Source: Pocillopora damicornis
Lineage: Eukaryota
Assembly: GCF_003704095.1 (NCBI RefSeq)
Contig: NW_020844201.1
Coordinates: forward strand, 62,001 to 126,000
Direction: 5' to 3'
DNA length: 64,000 nt
Within the stretch, counting starts at the first letter, position 1. The number at the start of each line of letters is the position of its first letter. Both the position numbers and the translations under genes were made by a program. Of this stretch, positions 13,001-26,124 are shown piece after piece. A model generated the notes under the pieces. The model was not told the origin of the DNA, made no database searches, and saw only the letters and a program-made list of their open reading frames with translations.

Positions 13001-16000
13001 TGAGCGGTTTCGTAACTTTTAAGTCAGGTTTCAATTTGGTACGCGTCAGAATCGAGGTTGAAAAAATTGCTTCGAGTCTCCCGCCTGATCTCCATAATTT
13101 TTTTGATGACTTGGCGACGGCCGACTCGGACACATCGACAGAGGGGGAACCTTGCAGGAGGTCCCCACGACATTTGTTGATCTTGAAATACCGAATTACT
13201 CGTTAATCAGTTTGGGGCTTTAACCAACAAAAAAACCAGTATGTGTTTCATTTAGCATCTAAAAAATGCAAGAACTAGGTGTTGATACTTAATTCAAGAC
13301 ACCCCCACAAACAACATGCTGTGTTTGTAAACTCTTTGTTTCGTCTCTCAGCCGACAGTCTTCTCAGATTAGGTGGTCTGTGTTTCCCATTTTTTGTCGT
13401 TGTTGCTGTTTTAGGAAAAGTTTACTACTTTTTTCCATAATTTTAAGACTACCTGTATCATGTCATGATAACGGTTCATGAATGCGGTTGCAATAATTGT
13501 TATTAGTGGCCGATAAATAGCTTGGTTAAGAATGTTTCTTTGTTTCCGGATTAACTTAGTTTCTGCTCATAAACGTTAAGTTTTGTAAAGTACAACACTA
13601 TGAGTAATGTTGTGTCCGATTTCTTAAATAGTTTAGGAAAAGAACATGGCAATCCTGTATGCCCGGATGAATATGTTCAAGGGGCAAATAGGCGCATCCG
13701 GGGTCAGCGCAAAACAGACAATCGACAAATAAGTCGTTTTGTACGTCACAACCTTTACAAAGACCTTTTCTGTAGAAAGAATTTCTTTAAACGTTGATGC
13801 AAACTGTGTTACAAACCTTAACCGACTTCAAATCCTTTATTGATTGAATATAATTTGCTAGAAAGGCTTAAAATTGTCCCCAAGAACTGTCAAATTGGAA
13901 GAAGTCGTTAACAACTGGACACGATCCAAAAAAGACCAATCTACTTCTAATTTCACTTTGGACATGAAACAAACAAAAACCAAGCGGACATTGATGCCGA
14001 TTACCATGACGAAAGAACAGATACGTAGAAATTTGGGCTTCAATCTGTTGTTTCGACGCCCGTGACCGGCTGATTAAACATTAACATTACATGCAAACAG
14101 CAAAGATTTCAAGATTAATGTTTTTCCTCCATGTGCATATCTTGAATACGGTTTCCCTACTTACCCCCCTCGCCTTCCAGAGTGTTTTTCAGTTGCACCA
14201 CTTACCATGGAGCAGTTTCTATGGCAGTCCTCAGGAAGATGGTGCGTTTACAAGAAGAGCTTTCATGTAGATGTTCTGTCAGAAGTCTTATGTTGAATTA
14301 TATAGTGTTCAGCTATAAAAATAGACTGAGTGTCCTCTTACATCCTGCTTAGTAAGCAGGTACTCGACAAAATAACACAATCTGTCCACTACACTCGCCT
14401 CTTTTAACGTCACAGGCCGTATACGATATGTTTTCTAAATGAAGTTATAAATATCCTACAAAGAAAATTTCTTTTCTATCTATTGAGTGCACCTTTGAGG
14501 TAAAGCGAGTGATACTGTTACTACTAGAAGAAATGGAAACCTTAGACTAAAATATTGGTTTGCTAAGGAGCTTAAGATTTCTCTTTCAAGCCATTCAAAG
14601 TATGTATTAAGTCCTGTCCTTCTCTTTATGGGCAGTGCCTTGACTTTCAACTGTACAGAATGCAAATAAGGTCTTTAAGTCACACAGCTGCTCTCTGGGA
14701 TATTATGATTTCTTGACCTGGTTTAATTGAATAATTGGTTTAATGTTAATTTGCCAGCTTTTTGAAGACGAAATTCTTTCTGTAATAGCTTCTTTTAGGT
14801 TTGCGTTTCGTTCTTGAAAGACCTCAGGAAATCTACTTGCGTTAGTATATCCTTCACTAAAAAACTGTTCCGATCAACTGATATCATATAATGATTTTGG
14901 TGTTGAAATGAAAATGAAAATGCTATTATAAAAGCGATAAATGTGGTTTTGGTTTATCAGCTCTCTTTCTTCTGTCATTAAACCTCTTGTGTCGTCTTGG
15001 CCATAATGGCTTAACATAAGCATATGTGCTGGAAAGACAGCCAAGACAATCGTCCAGAGAGTGTTACAACAACGCTTACATTGAAGTCTATACTCTTCTT
15101 ATTTCTTCACCAAACTTAAAAAAAGACGACTTAACTATAATGTAAATTGGATGCAAAGTCATAAATTCTATCTATTATTAGCTAAATCTGCAAAAATCTT
15201 TAAAACCCGTTTAACCTTGGCAAATCAACAGCGTTTTACCTTATAGAGCTTTTTCAACTGACAAATGTTATCTGTGAACAGTGATAGGATCCAAGCCAGT
15301 TTACAATCGAAATCCGATTGTTATATGAACTTCAATGACGCGTGCATGAGAGCAGATGGTGGGTATGTGGTTATGGCCGGGTTCCCAAAAGGCGATTTGT
15401 CCTATCTAAAAGCTATTCTCTGATTTGGCTGTAAGGATATCACATTCGACTGTCCGTCTCTGAATTGGCAGAACTCGCCTTTTCAAAGGTGTGACATAAT
15501 GATTACAAATGATACCAGCTCCTTATTATGGGAGGGAATCATTGTTTCAAAATGGATTATTTGAAAATTTTCGAATTGCGAGGGTCTAATTTGATATACT
15601 CGATTAATCCGTCATATGAAACTGCTTAAGGCATATGATTCGTGGTAAAGTAATTTTAACATGTCAAATGATATTCCACATGATGATTTTCAGTCATGTG
15701 TTAGACGCCCAAGTCCTATGCAGGAGTTAGACGTGATGAAAGATTATCTTTTGTTGTAATTGAAACTTGTCCTCTAGGCATAACTAGGCGACTACAGAGT
15801 TAAACTGATGAACTTTGTACCTTTTATTATTAGTATAATGAACAAAGAAACCAAGCTTTCCATTGTTCAGTTTTCAAGTTTTTTTTCTTAGTTTATTGGC
15901 TGTTAATAAAATTTTGAAAAGTAAAGGAGACACTCGACCTACGGTAATAATAGCATGCACGAGGAATTTCAAATCTTATTATGAACTAGAATACTTCTGT

Positions 16001-19000
16001 ACCTTGAAATTGGCTTCTCATTAATATCTTAAGCCGGCACTGGGAAGGGTGTGATACTGTTATTAAGAACTGCTTGATTTTCTCATTTTCAACAGTGCAG
16101 TGACCATAAGCTTTATCTAACAAAATTAAGTGACCGACGGGGGTAGGAGGGGGGGGGGCAGTGAATGGTGAACAGAAAGTGAATGCTTACAGAAAACACT
16201 TAACCTGGTTTCTATATCGTTTCTTAACGAAGGTTTGCATTCTGCATGAGCTTGAAAAAAGTAAAAAACAAGGGAACTTCAGTTTAGGCAAGATATTGCC
16301 TATAAAATGACCACTGCATGGAAGATATCCTGTATAACATTCTGAAGAGAACATAAATGAGGGAACTAGTAATAAGAGAACCTTGAGGGAGTTGCAAATC
16401 CCACTCATCAAAATGAGTAAAGAGGCTTTATTTCAATGTGTGTTTTACTGTAAAGATCTCCCATGTCGTCAACGGATCTCACCCACAAGCTATTGAACAT
16501 ATTTTTTTTTAATCAAACGATGCCGATGACGGAGTGGAAATATCTCACCTAAACCTGAGAGAAGAACTATTGTTTTAAAAAAAGGAATCCGGATTAAGCT
16601 CAGCGTTGCGTTCAGAGCCATCCACGCGATGACCTTTGTGTAGCCATCCAGATTAGAAAAGAACTGTCAGTGCATATCTGAGATAAGTGCACCAAACCTG
16701 ACTAACAGCTATTTCAAATAATAACAATAAATCACTGTACAAATTACCCACTCAGTTATGATAAGGAAAGTTGTTTGCCCCTTCCCCCTTAAAAAGTAGC
16801 ATACATCAGTGACGTTTTTGGGTAACATGCATGATTTAAGATGAAGATTTCATTAATTTCACTCAGAGCAAGGTTTATAAACAGCTTGAAAACCACTCGT
16901 AAATATTCTTTTAAAAGATGGTACCAAGGTTATTGGAATTATGTTTGTGACGTAGAGTGGATTAAATAAAGATGTTAGTTTGAAAGTAAATGTGATGATT
17001 GGCTTTTACGCGGTTTCCTATTCAAGAATTCCTATGTCCATTTAATCTTGTTAAATATTTATGCGCCCAAGAACGTCAAGCCCTTCCGGAAGAATTTGTC
17101 CATAGGACCAAAATATATCAAAAAATGAAACTTTCATTGAAATTGGTTTAAAACGACGATGAATGGTAATTGGGACATAATAGTAAGTAGATAATAACTA
17201 AAATATACACGAAACGTAGCTCTTGGAGTTTCTTGATAAATTGTACTGTGGGATTTCAGCCCTTTGTCGAGAGAAGGTGTAAGACATCTGATAAACTGCC
17301 TCTTTGTCGAGGAGATTATTACTAGAAGATTCCAGCTGTAGTGATAGTCTAATACTGTGGTGTTGTTGTGAACTAATTGTATTAAAGTTTAATACAATTA
17401 GTCTTTAACAACAATATTCCTTTTAATGATCTCACAATAGGACCTACCTGAAAGGCACCAAATGGTTGGTACAGTAGACTTAAGATTGAGAAGTCTGCGT
17501 AAAAGCCCTAGCTATTTTGCTGTTTCGTAGGTAAGAAGTTGCCCTTTCATGGTGCATCCTTCCAAATAGGGGAAGTAATGGGCATTGCCCGAACAGATTG
17601 CGAATAACTGTTTACTTAAAAATTTCTAATTCAAGCACACACATTTAAGTAAAGTCAATTCTAGATAAACTTTTCAAGCATGTTTTAACTACGCATGCTG
17701 TAATTTCAAGCAAAAACAATAAATACTCATTTAAATACCATTAATATTTGTTCAATCTGCTTTGCAAAACGACCACGATGACAAACAGGTATTTTTCTTC
17801 CAAAAGAATGCTCTAGTTTCTCTAAATCCATGGAAATTCTCTCACGCATACTTTCCTTTGGCTGTTGAATTGAAAGAAATGTCATTTTTGGCCAAAGTTG
17901 TCGCATCTGCAGCAAATCCAAAGAGGAAAAAGTTTCCCTAGCTATTTACTTTCGATGACATCCCAGACAGATACCTTCTGAGGGTTACTATCAACTAAGT
18001 TAGAATCCTGGACCTTTCTAGCACTCTACCAAAGAAACCAAATTTGTCACAGTTCCAAATATGTTTCAATCGGTTTTTGTTCTGGGAATATGATAACTTT
18101 TAAGAGGTGAGAGGTGCTCCTCTTCGTTAAAGCAGTCAAAAGCGGTCGCCCCGAAAACCCTCAATGAACCATCATTCTATTCAAAGGAAAAAGTAATTAT
18201 AACCCCAGATGTTTCATGCTACAGAAACGTGATCATTTGGCCGCATAAGTGGCGCTTTGGATCCTTCTTTCAACAACTGTTGATAAATATCTGAAATGTA
18301 GATAATGTCGCCTCAGCAAAAATAGCACGAAGGCTGTTTTTACTTCATAAGCACCTTGGAGCCATGGATTCCCTCCAAACCACATTGCCCTACTGAGCCG
18401 ATTTCCGTCCCACGTAAATGGAAATATTCTATACACTTCTCTTTGAATATTGTTCCTCGAGTTCGAAGATAAGTATCTTCACGTCCCAGATTGTAGATTT
18501 AATGAGTAAAGGTGTTCCCCTAATACCGTTGTCCGATATGCCACATGTATAAATCGACAAATTCCTGCATACGGCGTTCAGTGCAAGCGTAATCATTGCG
18601 AAAATTTTATCGACCCTACTTGGGTGTTTTTTTTTTTTTTTTGCAATTTCAGGTCTGGTCATTTTCTGTTATTTGCCCGGGTCATCGCGATGCTTTAAAC
18701 AGGAGAATTCTAAAATCGTTTAAATACTATTATTTTTCCAGACTTAACTCCACTATCAATTTCGCGCTCTTTCTGAAGCGAAACCGGAAATAACTTTTTA
18801 AGCCCTAAGTCATAGCTTGCATCCAAATTTAAACATTTCTCCCAGGTGAATCGTCGATACCTCATTTCTTACTTTGTTTATAATTCAACGAACCATAACT
18901 TGCTCGCAAGTTTCAGTAATTTGTTTTCTTGAAAGAATTTTTAGCAAGGAAAAAACCGAGAACAAAAACACAATTTTTAGCAAATTTCCTTTTTCTCTAA

Positions 19001-20074
19001 GTTGAAAGAAGTTGCCAGAATACAGTTTTTGTTACAAGTTATAACTAACAAAAGGTCTATTTCCTAAGGTTCCTAAACATTTTTCTGTGTATTTTTCTTT
19101 TGAAGTCGAATTTTCGACAGGAAATCAACAACTCATGATGCCTATCCATATCTTTAATGAAAAAATCACGGCCTTCACAGCTTTCATGGTCGCATCTTTC
19201 AAATCCCAACACTGCTTAATTACAACGCATTCAAGTCAATACAACCTTTTTACAAAATTTATTTCGCATTCCAAGCTTTCGTGCTGAACAGCACAGCACT
19301 ACTTTATAATCACGCAAAAGTTATTCTCATGTTAATTGACTACAATGCTCCACAGACTTTCGAATCTTACATAAATATTAAACATAGAGCTCTAAAGAGC
19401 TACTCAAAGGGTGGGAAATAGTCTCATCCATTCAAACCCTCAGATGAAACCTAACATAAGAGGCATAAGAGAAAAGGTTAAAAGTCGCAATTTCTAGGCT
19501 CTCGCTTTATTTCCTCAAAGAAGCTGGTGGTCCGTTTCCTTTCAATTCCAAGTCGCTTTTATCATTTTCCGTCTCGTAGGCCAGGATCAAATTCTCTAAC
19601 AAAAACGAGAACCACAATTCATGATATTAAACTCACAAGAGTTGGGTCAATCGACTCAGGTTCTGAATTGTTTACGGAACAGTCATACTTGGCAACTTCA
19701 AGAGAATATGTAAGAGAAGCCCATACGATTCTGACTCACTGTTCTCACGTTTCAATCGACCAGTGATGTCTTAACACGAAGTAGTTTACCGTCGTTTCTT
19801 TCAATTCGGCTCATTTTCCTAAACCGAAATTATCAGTCACGCTTAACAGAATATAATTTCAACTGATGCTGACATCATAAAGTCCATCTAAAGAAGAACA
19901 CATTCCCATCTTTTAAATGCATCCAATGAAAAATATGAAAATCAGATGGACCAATTATTAATAATTATAATAAAGGAAAACTAACAGAGAAGACAAAAAA
20001 AATAACAAAAATGACAAAAATAATTTTATCAATTTTGCATGAAAATTGATGAGAAACATAATGTTCTCATAAAA

Positions 20075-20340
20075 TACTGTTCAAAGACTCCTGTGGAATA
20101 TGTTGAAGGAAGTTAAATGGTGTGAAATAATAAAAAGGAAACATCTCAATAAAAATTGATAACGACTGAGGATGATGAGCAAGATTTTAAAACAAAAGAA
20201 TGCCACATTTGCAACAAAAATGCTCCAAATAAGATATTCGTGTAAGAGATCATTGTTTTTATTACTGGTAAGTATAGAGGATCAGCACGTCAAGATTGTA
20301 ACCTTAAATTCCAATTGACTGATAAAATACCGGTTATCGT
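20075..20340 (+). pseudogene. Isolated fragment of Polinton/adintovirus-type pPolB (Zn-finger/endonuclease VII-like region)
   Basis: Frameshifted translation: ECHICNK...DIRVRDHCF.TGKYRGSARQDCNLKFQLTDKIPVI. This matches the VRDHCH.TGK.RG.AH..CNL motif also seen at about 27320-27400. Confidence 0.75.
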
Positions 20341-20495
20341 CCAACCGAAACGTTCCCTCCATCCCTTGATCACAGCAATTTACATGGATTTTCATCTACC
20401 ATTCCCTTTTCCTTATGATTTCGGGTATCGATCCTGGGTTTTAAGTACAACCCAAGTATGGGATTCTGAAAAAAAAATTAGGTTCCCCTCACTTT

Positions 20496-20765
20496 TCAGC
20501 TCCGTTTAAGTTATTTTTTTTACATAAGCAAGATTTTTAAAGATACCGCGGCACCCTGAGAAAGAGCTTCAGAAAGAGGGTGATCTAATAAATGCCATCA
20601 AGGCCCCTTAACGGCCGCGTTTTTGTTAAGTCAGCTCCGTTTAAGGTATTGTTTTACATTAGCAAGATTTTAAAAGATACCGCGGTACCCTGAGAAAGAG
20701 CTTCAGAAAGAGGGTGATCTAATAAAAGCCATCAAGGGGCCATTAACGGCCGCGTTTTTGTTAAG
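20496..20765. repeat. Tandem duplication, 2 x 135 bp
   Basis: 20496-20630 and 20631-20765 both run tcagctccgtttaag...aacggccgcgtttttgttaag with only a few substitutions. Confidence 0.95.
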
Positions 20766-21045
20766 TTGAGATGTAAATCGCCACGCTTCGACTGCCTACT
20801 GCAGGTCTCCATCATAGGACGAGGTCGACTGCTTATGAGTTACCATTTGTACCTTGGTGATCTAATACGATTGGCGGATTTCGATCCCCATTGTTCCGGT
20901 TTGTCCTGGTTTTCTGAGAGGTCTGACTCCAAGCCCAAGTTGTTCCCTCAGCGGTTTGCTGTCGCACCGGCCTCCCGTTGTGTTTCCTGATTGTTGGTAT
21001 CCACGCTTCGGGAATTTCGATTCCGTTATCCCTGTTAGCTTCATT
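20766..21045 (-). mobile_element. Penelope-like element 3' fragment (diverged subfamily)
   Basis: Minus translation NRDNGIEIPEAWIPTIRKHNGRPVRQQTAEG matches the C-terminus of the copies at 24873 and 33426. A degenerate hammerhead motif lies at about 20777-20821. Confidence 0.75.
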
Positions 21046-23883
21046 GACTATTCAGTGTGAAACAGTGTGAATCTCGATCAATATTCCTCAGAGCGGTCGT
21101 AAATATTCCAACACAAACTCTTACAATTTCGCCATGACTGTTATTTCGTAAGATGATCATCTCACAGTTGGAGCTTGGGCCGCCTGTGGTATAATTTGCA
21201 ACTTGAAACGCAAAAAGAAAATTGTAAAAGGTCTGAAAAAGATCGTGACTATAATTTTATTGCTAAAAATCATCAAAATAAGTGTGTGAAAGCCATTAAC
21301 AAAAACACAAAGGAAGTGCTATATTGCAATTGTTTATATACTGTACAACAACACATTGGTATTAATGCTGGGATTATAAAGACGGCTCGTGAAGTAGTAA
21401 AAAAAAAGGTCCGCAATGCGTACATATGTGGCTTACGAAACTGAGCTGCTTTTTAGTGTCTGGTGTCTTATTGAGTTTCTGTTAGAAGAGTTAATAACTG
21501 ATTGCGGTTAGATAGTTTCCATAATTGTTCCTGTTCACCAATAAAACAAGATAACTTGCATGCAATAGTCTTGAAATGTTCATTTTCAAGAGGAGGGTTA
21601 TTGGCCAAACTTTGTTATGGCGGTCTCATATTGACAATAAATGTGCATATGTAACCTGAGGATTTTAGAAACTAAAAAAACTTCAACGTCATCTTCCATA
21701 GTGACCTGATAGGTTCAGTCATGATTTTGTTTACGTAACGAAATGGAATTGAGCTCTGATGTTTGTAGGTTGATTGTCGTTTCCAAGTCAAGTGATGTGA
21801 AATTAACTTTTGGGAAGCATTTCGTATGAATATTTTTGGTATTTTGTTTACCAGTACCAGCGAAAAAAAACTTTGCAGAAGGGCCAGGACATTCAGGAAA
21901 CGAGGTAATCTACACTAGAAGCCATTAGGAGCTTTATTTGGTTTGAATGTATGACTGATTTTGGAAAATTTATGTAAAGTAACTATTGTCCATTAGGGCA
22001 CAAAGTTCTATTTGCACTTGGTTGAGAGCAAAACGTTTACTATAACTGCTGTGGGTTTTGTGGGTCTATATTTTCAATAAAGAACACAGAAAAATTTAGG
22101 TGGGGTAGGTGGATATGGGGCTGCAAATAGAAGAATCTAGGGAAAAAGATAGGTGCATAACAAGATCAGAACACAAGCAACATTTTAATGAATTATATGT
22201 TGAGTAGTACTCTGAAGTAACATTACATTAACGTTGCTAATGATTTGTAACCCAATAAGATTTACAATTTGACCCGAAGGTTTTATCTAACAGAAAGTTA
22301 AATAGAGATAATGTCATCATAATGGATTTCCGGAACGGTAATCAGAGACATAACTTAAACACAACAGAGTTCAGTGTACAGGCAAGTGTGTGATGGTATC
22401 ATATGATCTTAAGTAACAGAATCTTTCAAGTTTTCTTATTACTGAAACTGTAATTTCATGCCAGTGTGTTTACCAAATTCAAGCATAACAAATGTCAGTT
22501 ACATTGAACTGATAACAAAGACAGCACAGCGGACAATAAAGTCTAAGTTAAATTAATTTAAGTGTACTTTGGTATTCTAAATAAGCACAAGTAAATTTTT
22601 CACAAACAAAAAATGTTATGAGCTCATAGGGGTGTGTGCAATTTGAAGTATTTGAAAAATTTACTAGTGCTTATCACATGAGAAATCATGTTGTTACTTA
22701 TTCATAATGTATACATGAAAGACACACATTCACAGAAATCAACCAACTGACAGCAGATACATTTGACAGTATTTACTAAATGAAGTGTGTGCCATCAAAA
22801 TTTGTCCTTCAGCTGAATTCTTACTCAGGAATGCAATTTTGTTAGTGTTTATCAATATACATAAAATATCCAGGCTTTTGTTGATTTTGGTCAGCTACTG
22901 TGTGTATCAATCAGCACAACCTACCTCATGTAAATCTGATTGGTTTCTAATGTGATCTATTGTTGCTGAGCCTAGTTTACATTTATACTTGAGTTATTAC
23001 TTTTGCACCAGTGATACATGAAAAAGGCATCTAGCTGTTTTCAGCCAATCAAAAGCGTGTCATTTTTCATGTATAGCAGTATTGTGATGAACTAACCAAA
23101 ATCAAACAAGTAACTGAAAAGGCCTAATACACATGTATTGCTACCAAATATAAATACGAATGCTTATCTGAACCCTAGAAGACTGCCAAGCTTACAGGAA
23201 GTCATGAAATGTTTAAGTCCGAAAAATTCTGGGCATTACTCGGAAAACGTAATAGTAATCACGTTTCAGTTGTAACATGAACTACTCGGCTCCTATTTGT
23301 ATTACTGCGTTTCAATGTATCACTTCCCCAAAGTTTGGAATCAATCACAATAGACATTAAGCACCGAGGTTTTCATATTAACGACAAACCGCAGTTTCAG
23401 GTCAGGTGTTAGACGTTTGTGACTTCTGACTTCTGACTTCGTTTGTGTTTAGCTATGTAAACATGAAAGAATAATTCATTTGAAGAGGTCGTCATATTGA
23501 ATTTCCATAAAACAGCAGTGCTTGATTTTCAAGCGGCAACAAAAAGTCCTATTTTCACTCTTTGGGTAAAAATTGTTTATTCTGTTCTTAACATGGCTGG
23601 TAGGGTATTCTGCAGTTTAGCCAAAATTGTATCTAAGCATGTACTAAAAAGACTGGTGAAGTAATTTTCTTACAGTTGGAACAACGATTGGAGTGATTAT
23701 GAGCGGATTGAAAAGAGGCCTGAAGTCTGTTGTCAAATGAGTTGGGGATGGTTTTCAGACTCTTTAAGATTCTCTCGAGACTCTTTAAGACTCTCTTAAG
23801 ACTGTCGGATCAGTGATCAGCTTCCTTAGTCAAAATGCATGGCTTCTGAGAATGGGTGTCATTATATTAATGGTTGAGCGCTT

Positions 23884-24872
23884 TCAGAAGAACAAGCGAT
23901 GAATCAAGAAGGATGAGACCAGTCCACCTGAAATCAACCCGACTTTAATTATGTCATGATTTGTCTCATATAACTTTGGTGGTGTCCTCACCGGATCTTT
24001 AGTTGAAGTCACGTTAATTTTATTTGACGGTGAGAGGTCGGTCTGTTGATTTTTGATGAGCCCCCATTCAGTTGCCTTACCCCGACTGATTTTCATCTCT
24101 AAATTAACTGATTTGTTGACTCCGAGCTTCTTATCAGCCTTAAAGAGACTTCAAGATCAAGCCTGACTTTTGCTTCACCAATGAAGAGCTGAAACCTCTG
24201 AACGCTCTATGAGATGTCTGGCTTTCTGATTTCATCCTCAACTCACGAAGAACTCATCTTGTTGAGCTCCCTTAGCGCTTCCTGGTGAATCCAAGACTGA
24301 TGATCTGACATTGACTTGTGCACCGAGAATGCAATAAACGAATGCCTCGATCGACTGGTTCAATTTCGCCAACTCCGCTTGCGTCAGTCCTGACGCAATT
24401 CGACTTTTTCTTGGCAGATTCATGTGCCATGAAGAAGTCGAATTGCCTCTCAACCTTATCATTAACACTCCAAATGAAGCATATCAGATTGCCTTTGATG
24501 GCTTTTCCATCTTCATCGCTGAACTTGTTATTACCAGGATAAGAGTTTGAAGCTGCTTACGGTCTAAGATTTGTCACAAAAATGAAAACAGATCTAAGAC
24601 GGTGATTATCACCTCCTTTGAAGCGGAAGTCTGTACCTGATGGAATTTCAAATTCTGCACATATTCGTTTGAACGATGGCGTGTAATAATTGTTATGTAT
24701 TTGTTTGAACTTAAGGTCACCTGGAAGAGCCGATTCACTCTGAATTCCAGCCATCTCAAAGAGAATCCTTCCTCACGAAGTAGCCACATCAGAAGCGACT
24801 TGATCTGTTCTGGAAGCCTGTAGTTGCGCACCATACCGCGAGGTTGAGCTGCTCAGGCCAGTAGTTCATATT
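23884..24872 (-). pseudogene. Frameshifted Polinton-associated uncharacterised protein with C-terminal hydrophobic anchor
   Basis: Fragments in successive frames: NMNYWPEQLNLAVWCATTG; ESALPGDLKFKQIHNNYYTPSFKRICAEFEIPSGTDFRFKGGDNH; GLTQAELAKLNQSIEAFVYCILGAQVNVRSSVL; ...KVGLISGGLVSSFLIHRLFF*. The 5' part is interrupted by a Penelope insertion. Confidence 0.6.
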
Positions 24873-25275
24873 TACACGCGCAGGGTCAAAGAGGCAATTC
24901 ACATAAGACTTCACCCTGACAACATCAACAGGGATAGTGGAATAGAAATTCCAGAAGGGTGGATGCCCACGATCAAAAAACACAACAACAGGAGAGCCGT
25001 GCGACAGCGGACCACCGAGAGAGCAAATCACTGAATGAAACAGCAAGGATCGAAATGCACCAATCAGAGCTGTTGAAAAACAACCAATCACAGCAGAGCA
25101 TCATGCTTTATAAGATCACGCATGACCAGTCGACCTCATCGCCTGAAGAAGACTAGCAGTATGCAGTCGAAACGTCGTGATTTTACATCACACGTGACTA
25201 CTCGTGAGACAAACGAAAAACTTAGCTTTTATTGTTATTCACCACGATGAATAACCACAACCTTTTTTACGAAAA
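24873..25275 (+). mobile_element. 5'-truncated Penelope-like element nested in the Polinton remnant
   Basis: Encodes YTRRVKEAIHIRLHPDNINRDSGIEIPEGWMPTIKKHNNRRAVRQRT (end of the GIY-YIG region). Its 3' tail is nearly identical to the reverse complement of 33426-33830. Confidence 0.9.
25138..25181 (+). ncRNA. Minimal type I hammerhead ribozyme motif (Penelope-associated)
   Basis: atcgc-CTGAAGA-a-GACTaGC-agtat-GCAGTC-GAAAC-GTC-gtgat: intact CUGANGA and GAAA boxes, GUC cleavage triplet, stem I atcgc/gtgat, loopless stem III. Confidence 0.7.
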
Positions 25276-26124
25276 TCAAATGGGTTTTCGTTGTTTATTT
25301 CTAGACATAAATTCTAAAGGTATGCAAATTCAACACAGCTAAATATTTAGTAACCTGCAAGCGGTTATTAAATACTTCAGTGAAGTCAAAGTTGAAGTAA
25401 ATAAGAAATCTATTTTCACCTGCGCTGGTTTTTAGGGAAATCTGAAATGCAATCTATTGTCTTTCACGTGGTAATCTATTGTACGCTAAACCGCAGAATG
25501 TGATAATCTATTGTATGCTAAACCACAGAGTTACAGTTTTCACTTCCAAAAATTGATCTTGTCGTTTTACACAATCGTTTCTACGCCAAAATGTATGAAG
25601 AAATTCATGAAGTCATGTCTGAGGAAGTTCAAGCTTTGAAAGAGGCAAATGCTTGATCAAAAATAAAATTATCATAACCAAGAGGACATGTAAATAGACT
25701 ACGCACCTGCCTTATTCAAGGATTACATCAGAGAAGTTTACTTTTTCCGCTCATGTCTTATGCAATCTTCAAGATTTTGAACGTCATCTTTCATTCTTAT
25801 CAGAGTCATTCTATATATTTTACAATAATAATTCTTCAACTAAACTCTGTTTCTCTGGCTTTCAAATTGCCTGTATGTTTGATGAAATGGGTTTGGATAT
25901 TCGTAATGTTGAATCCCGTCAAATTCAAAAGGTAATTTTAGTGTATTACAAAAACCACCTAATTGAAGCAAAAATCCAGTTTGTTGATTCATTAGCCACG
26001 TGGGTCTGACATTAGGAAATTTATCGTTGAAAATATTCTCAAAGTTTTACGACATCTTTCCTCATTACTAATTTTGTAAAATTTATTTTTGAAATTCTCT
26101 CACCAAAAATTTTTTGACTGATCT

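Noticed and set aside
13580-13770. Cys-rich minus-strand reading frame (KGLCKGCDVQNDLFVDCLFCADPGC)
   Set aside because: Cys spacing does not fit the colipase fold or any domain I recognise, and no partner exons were found.
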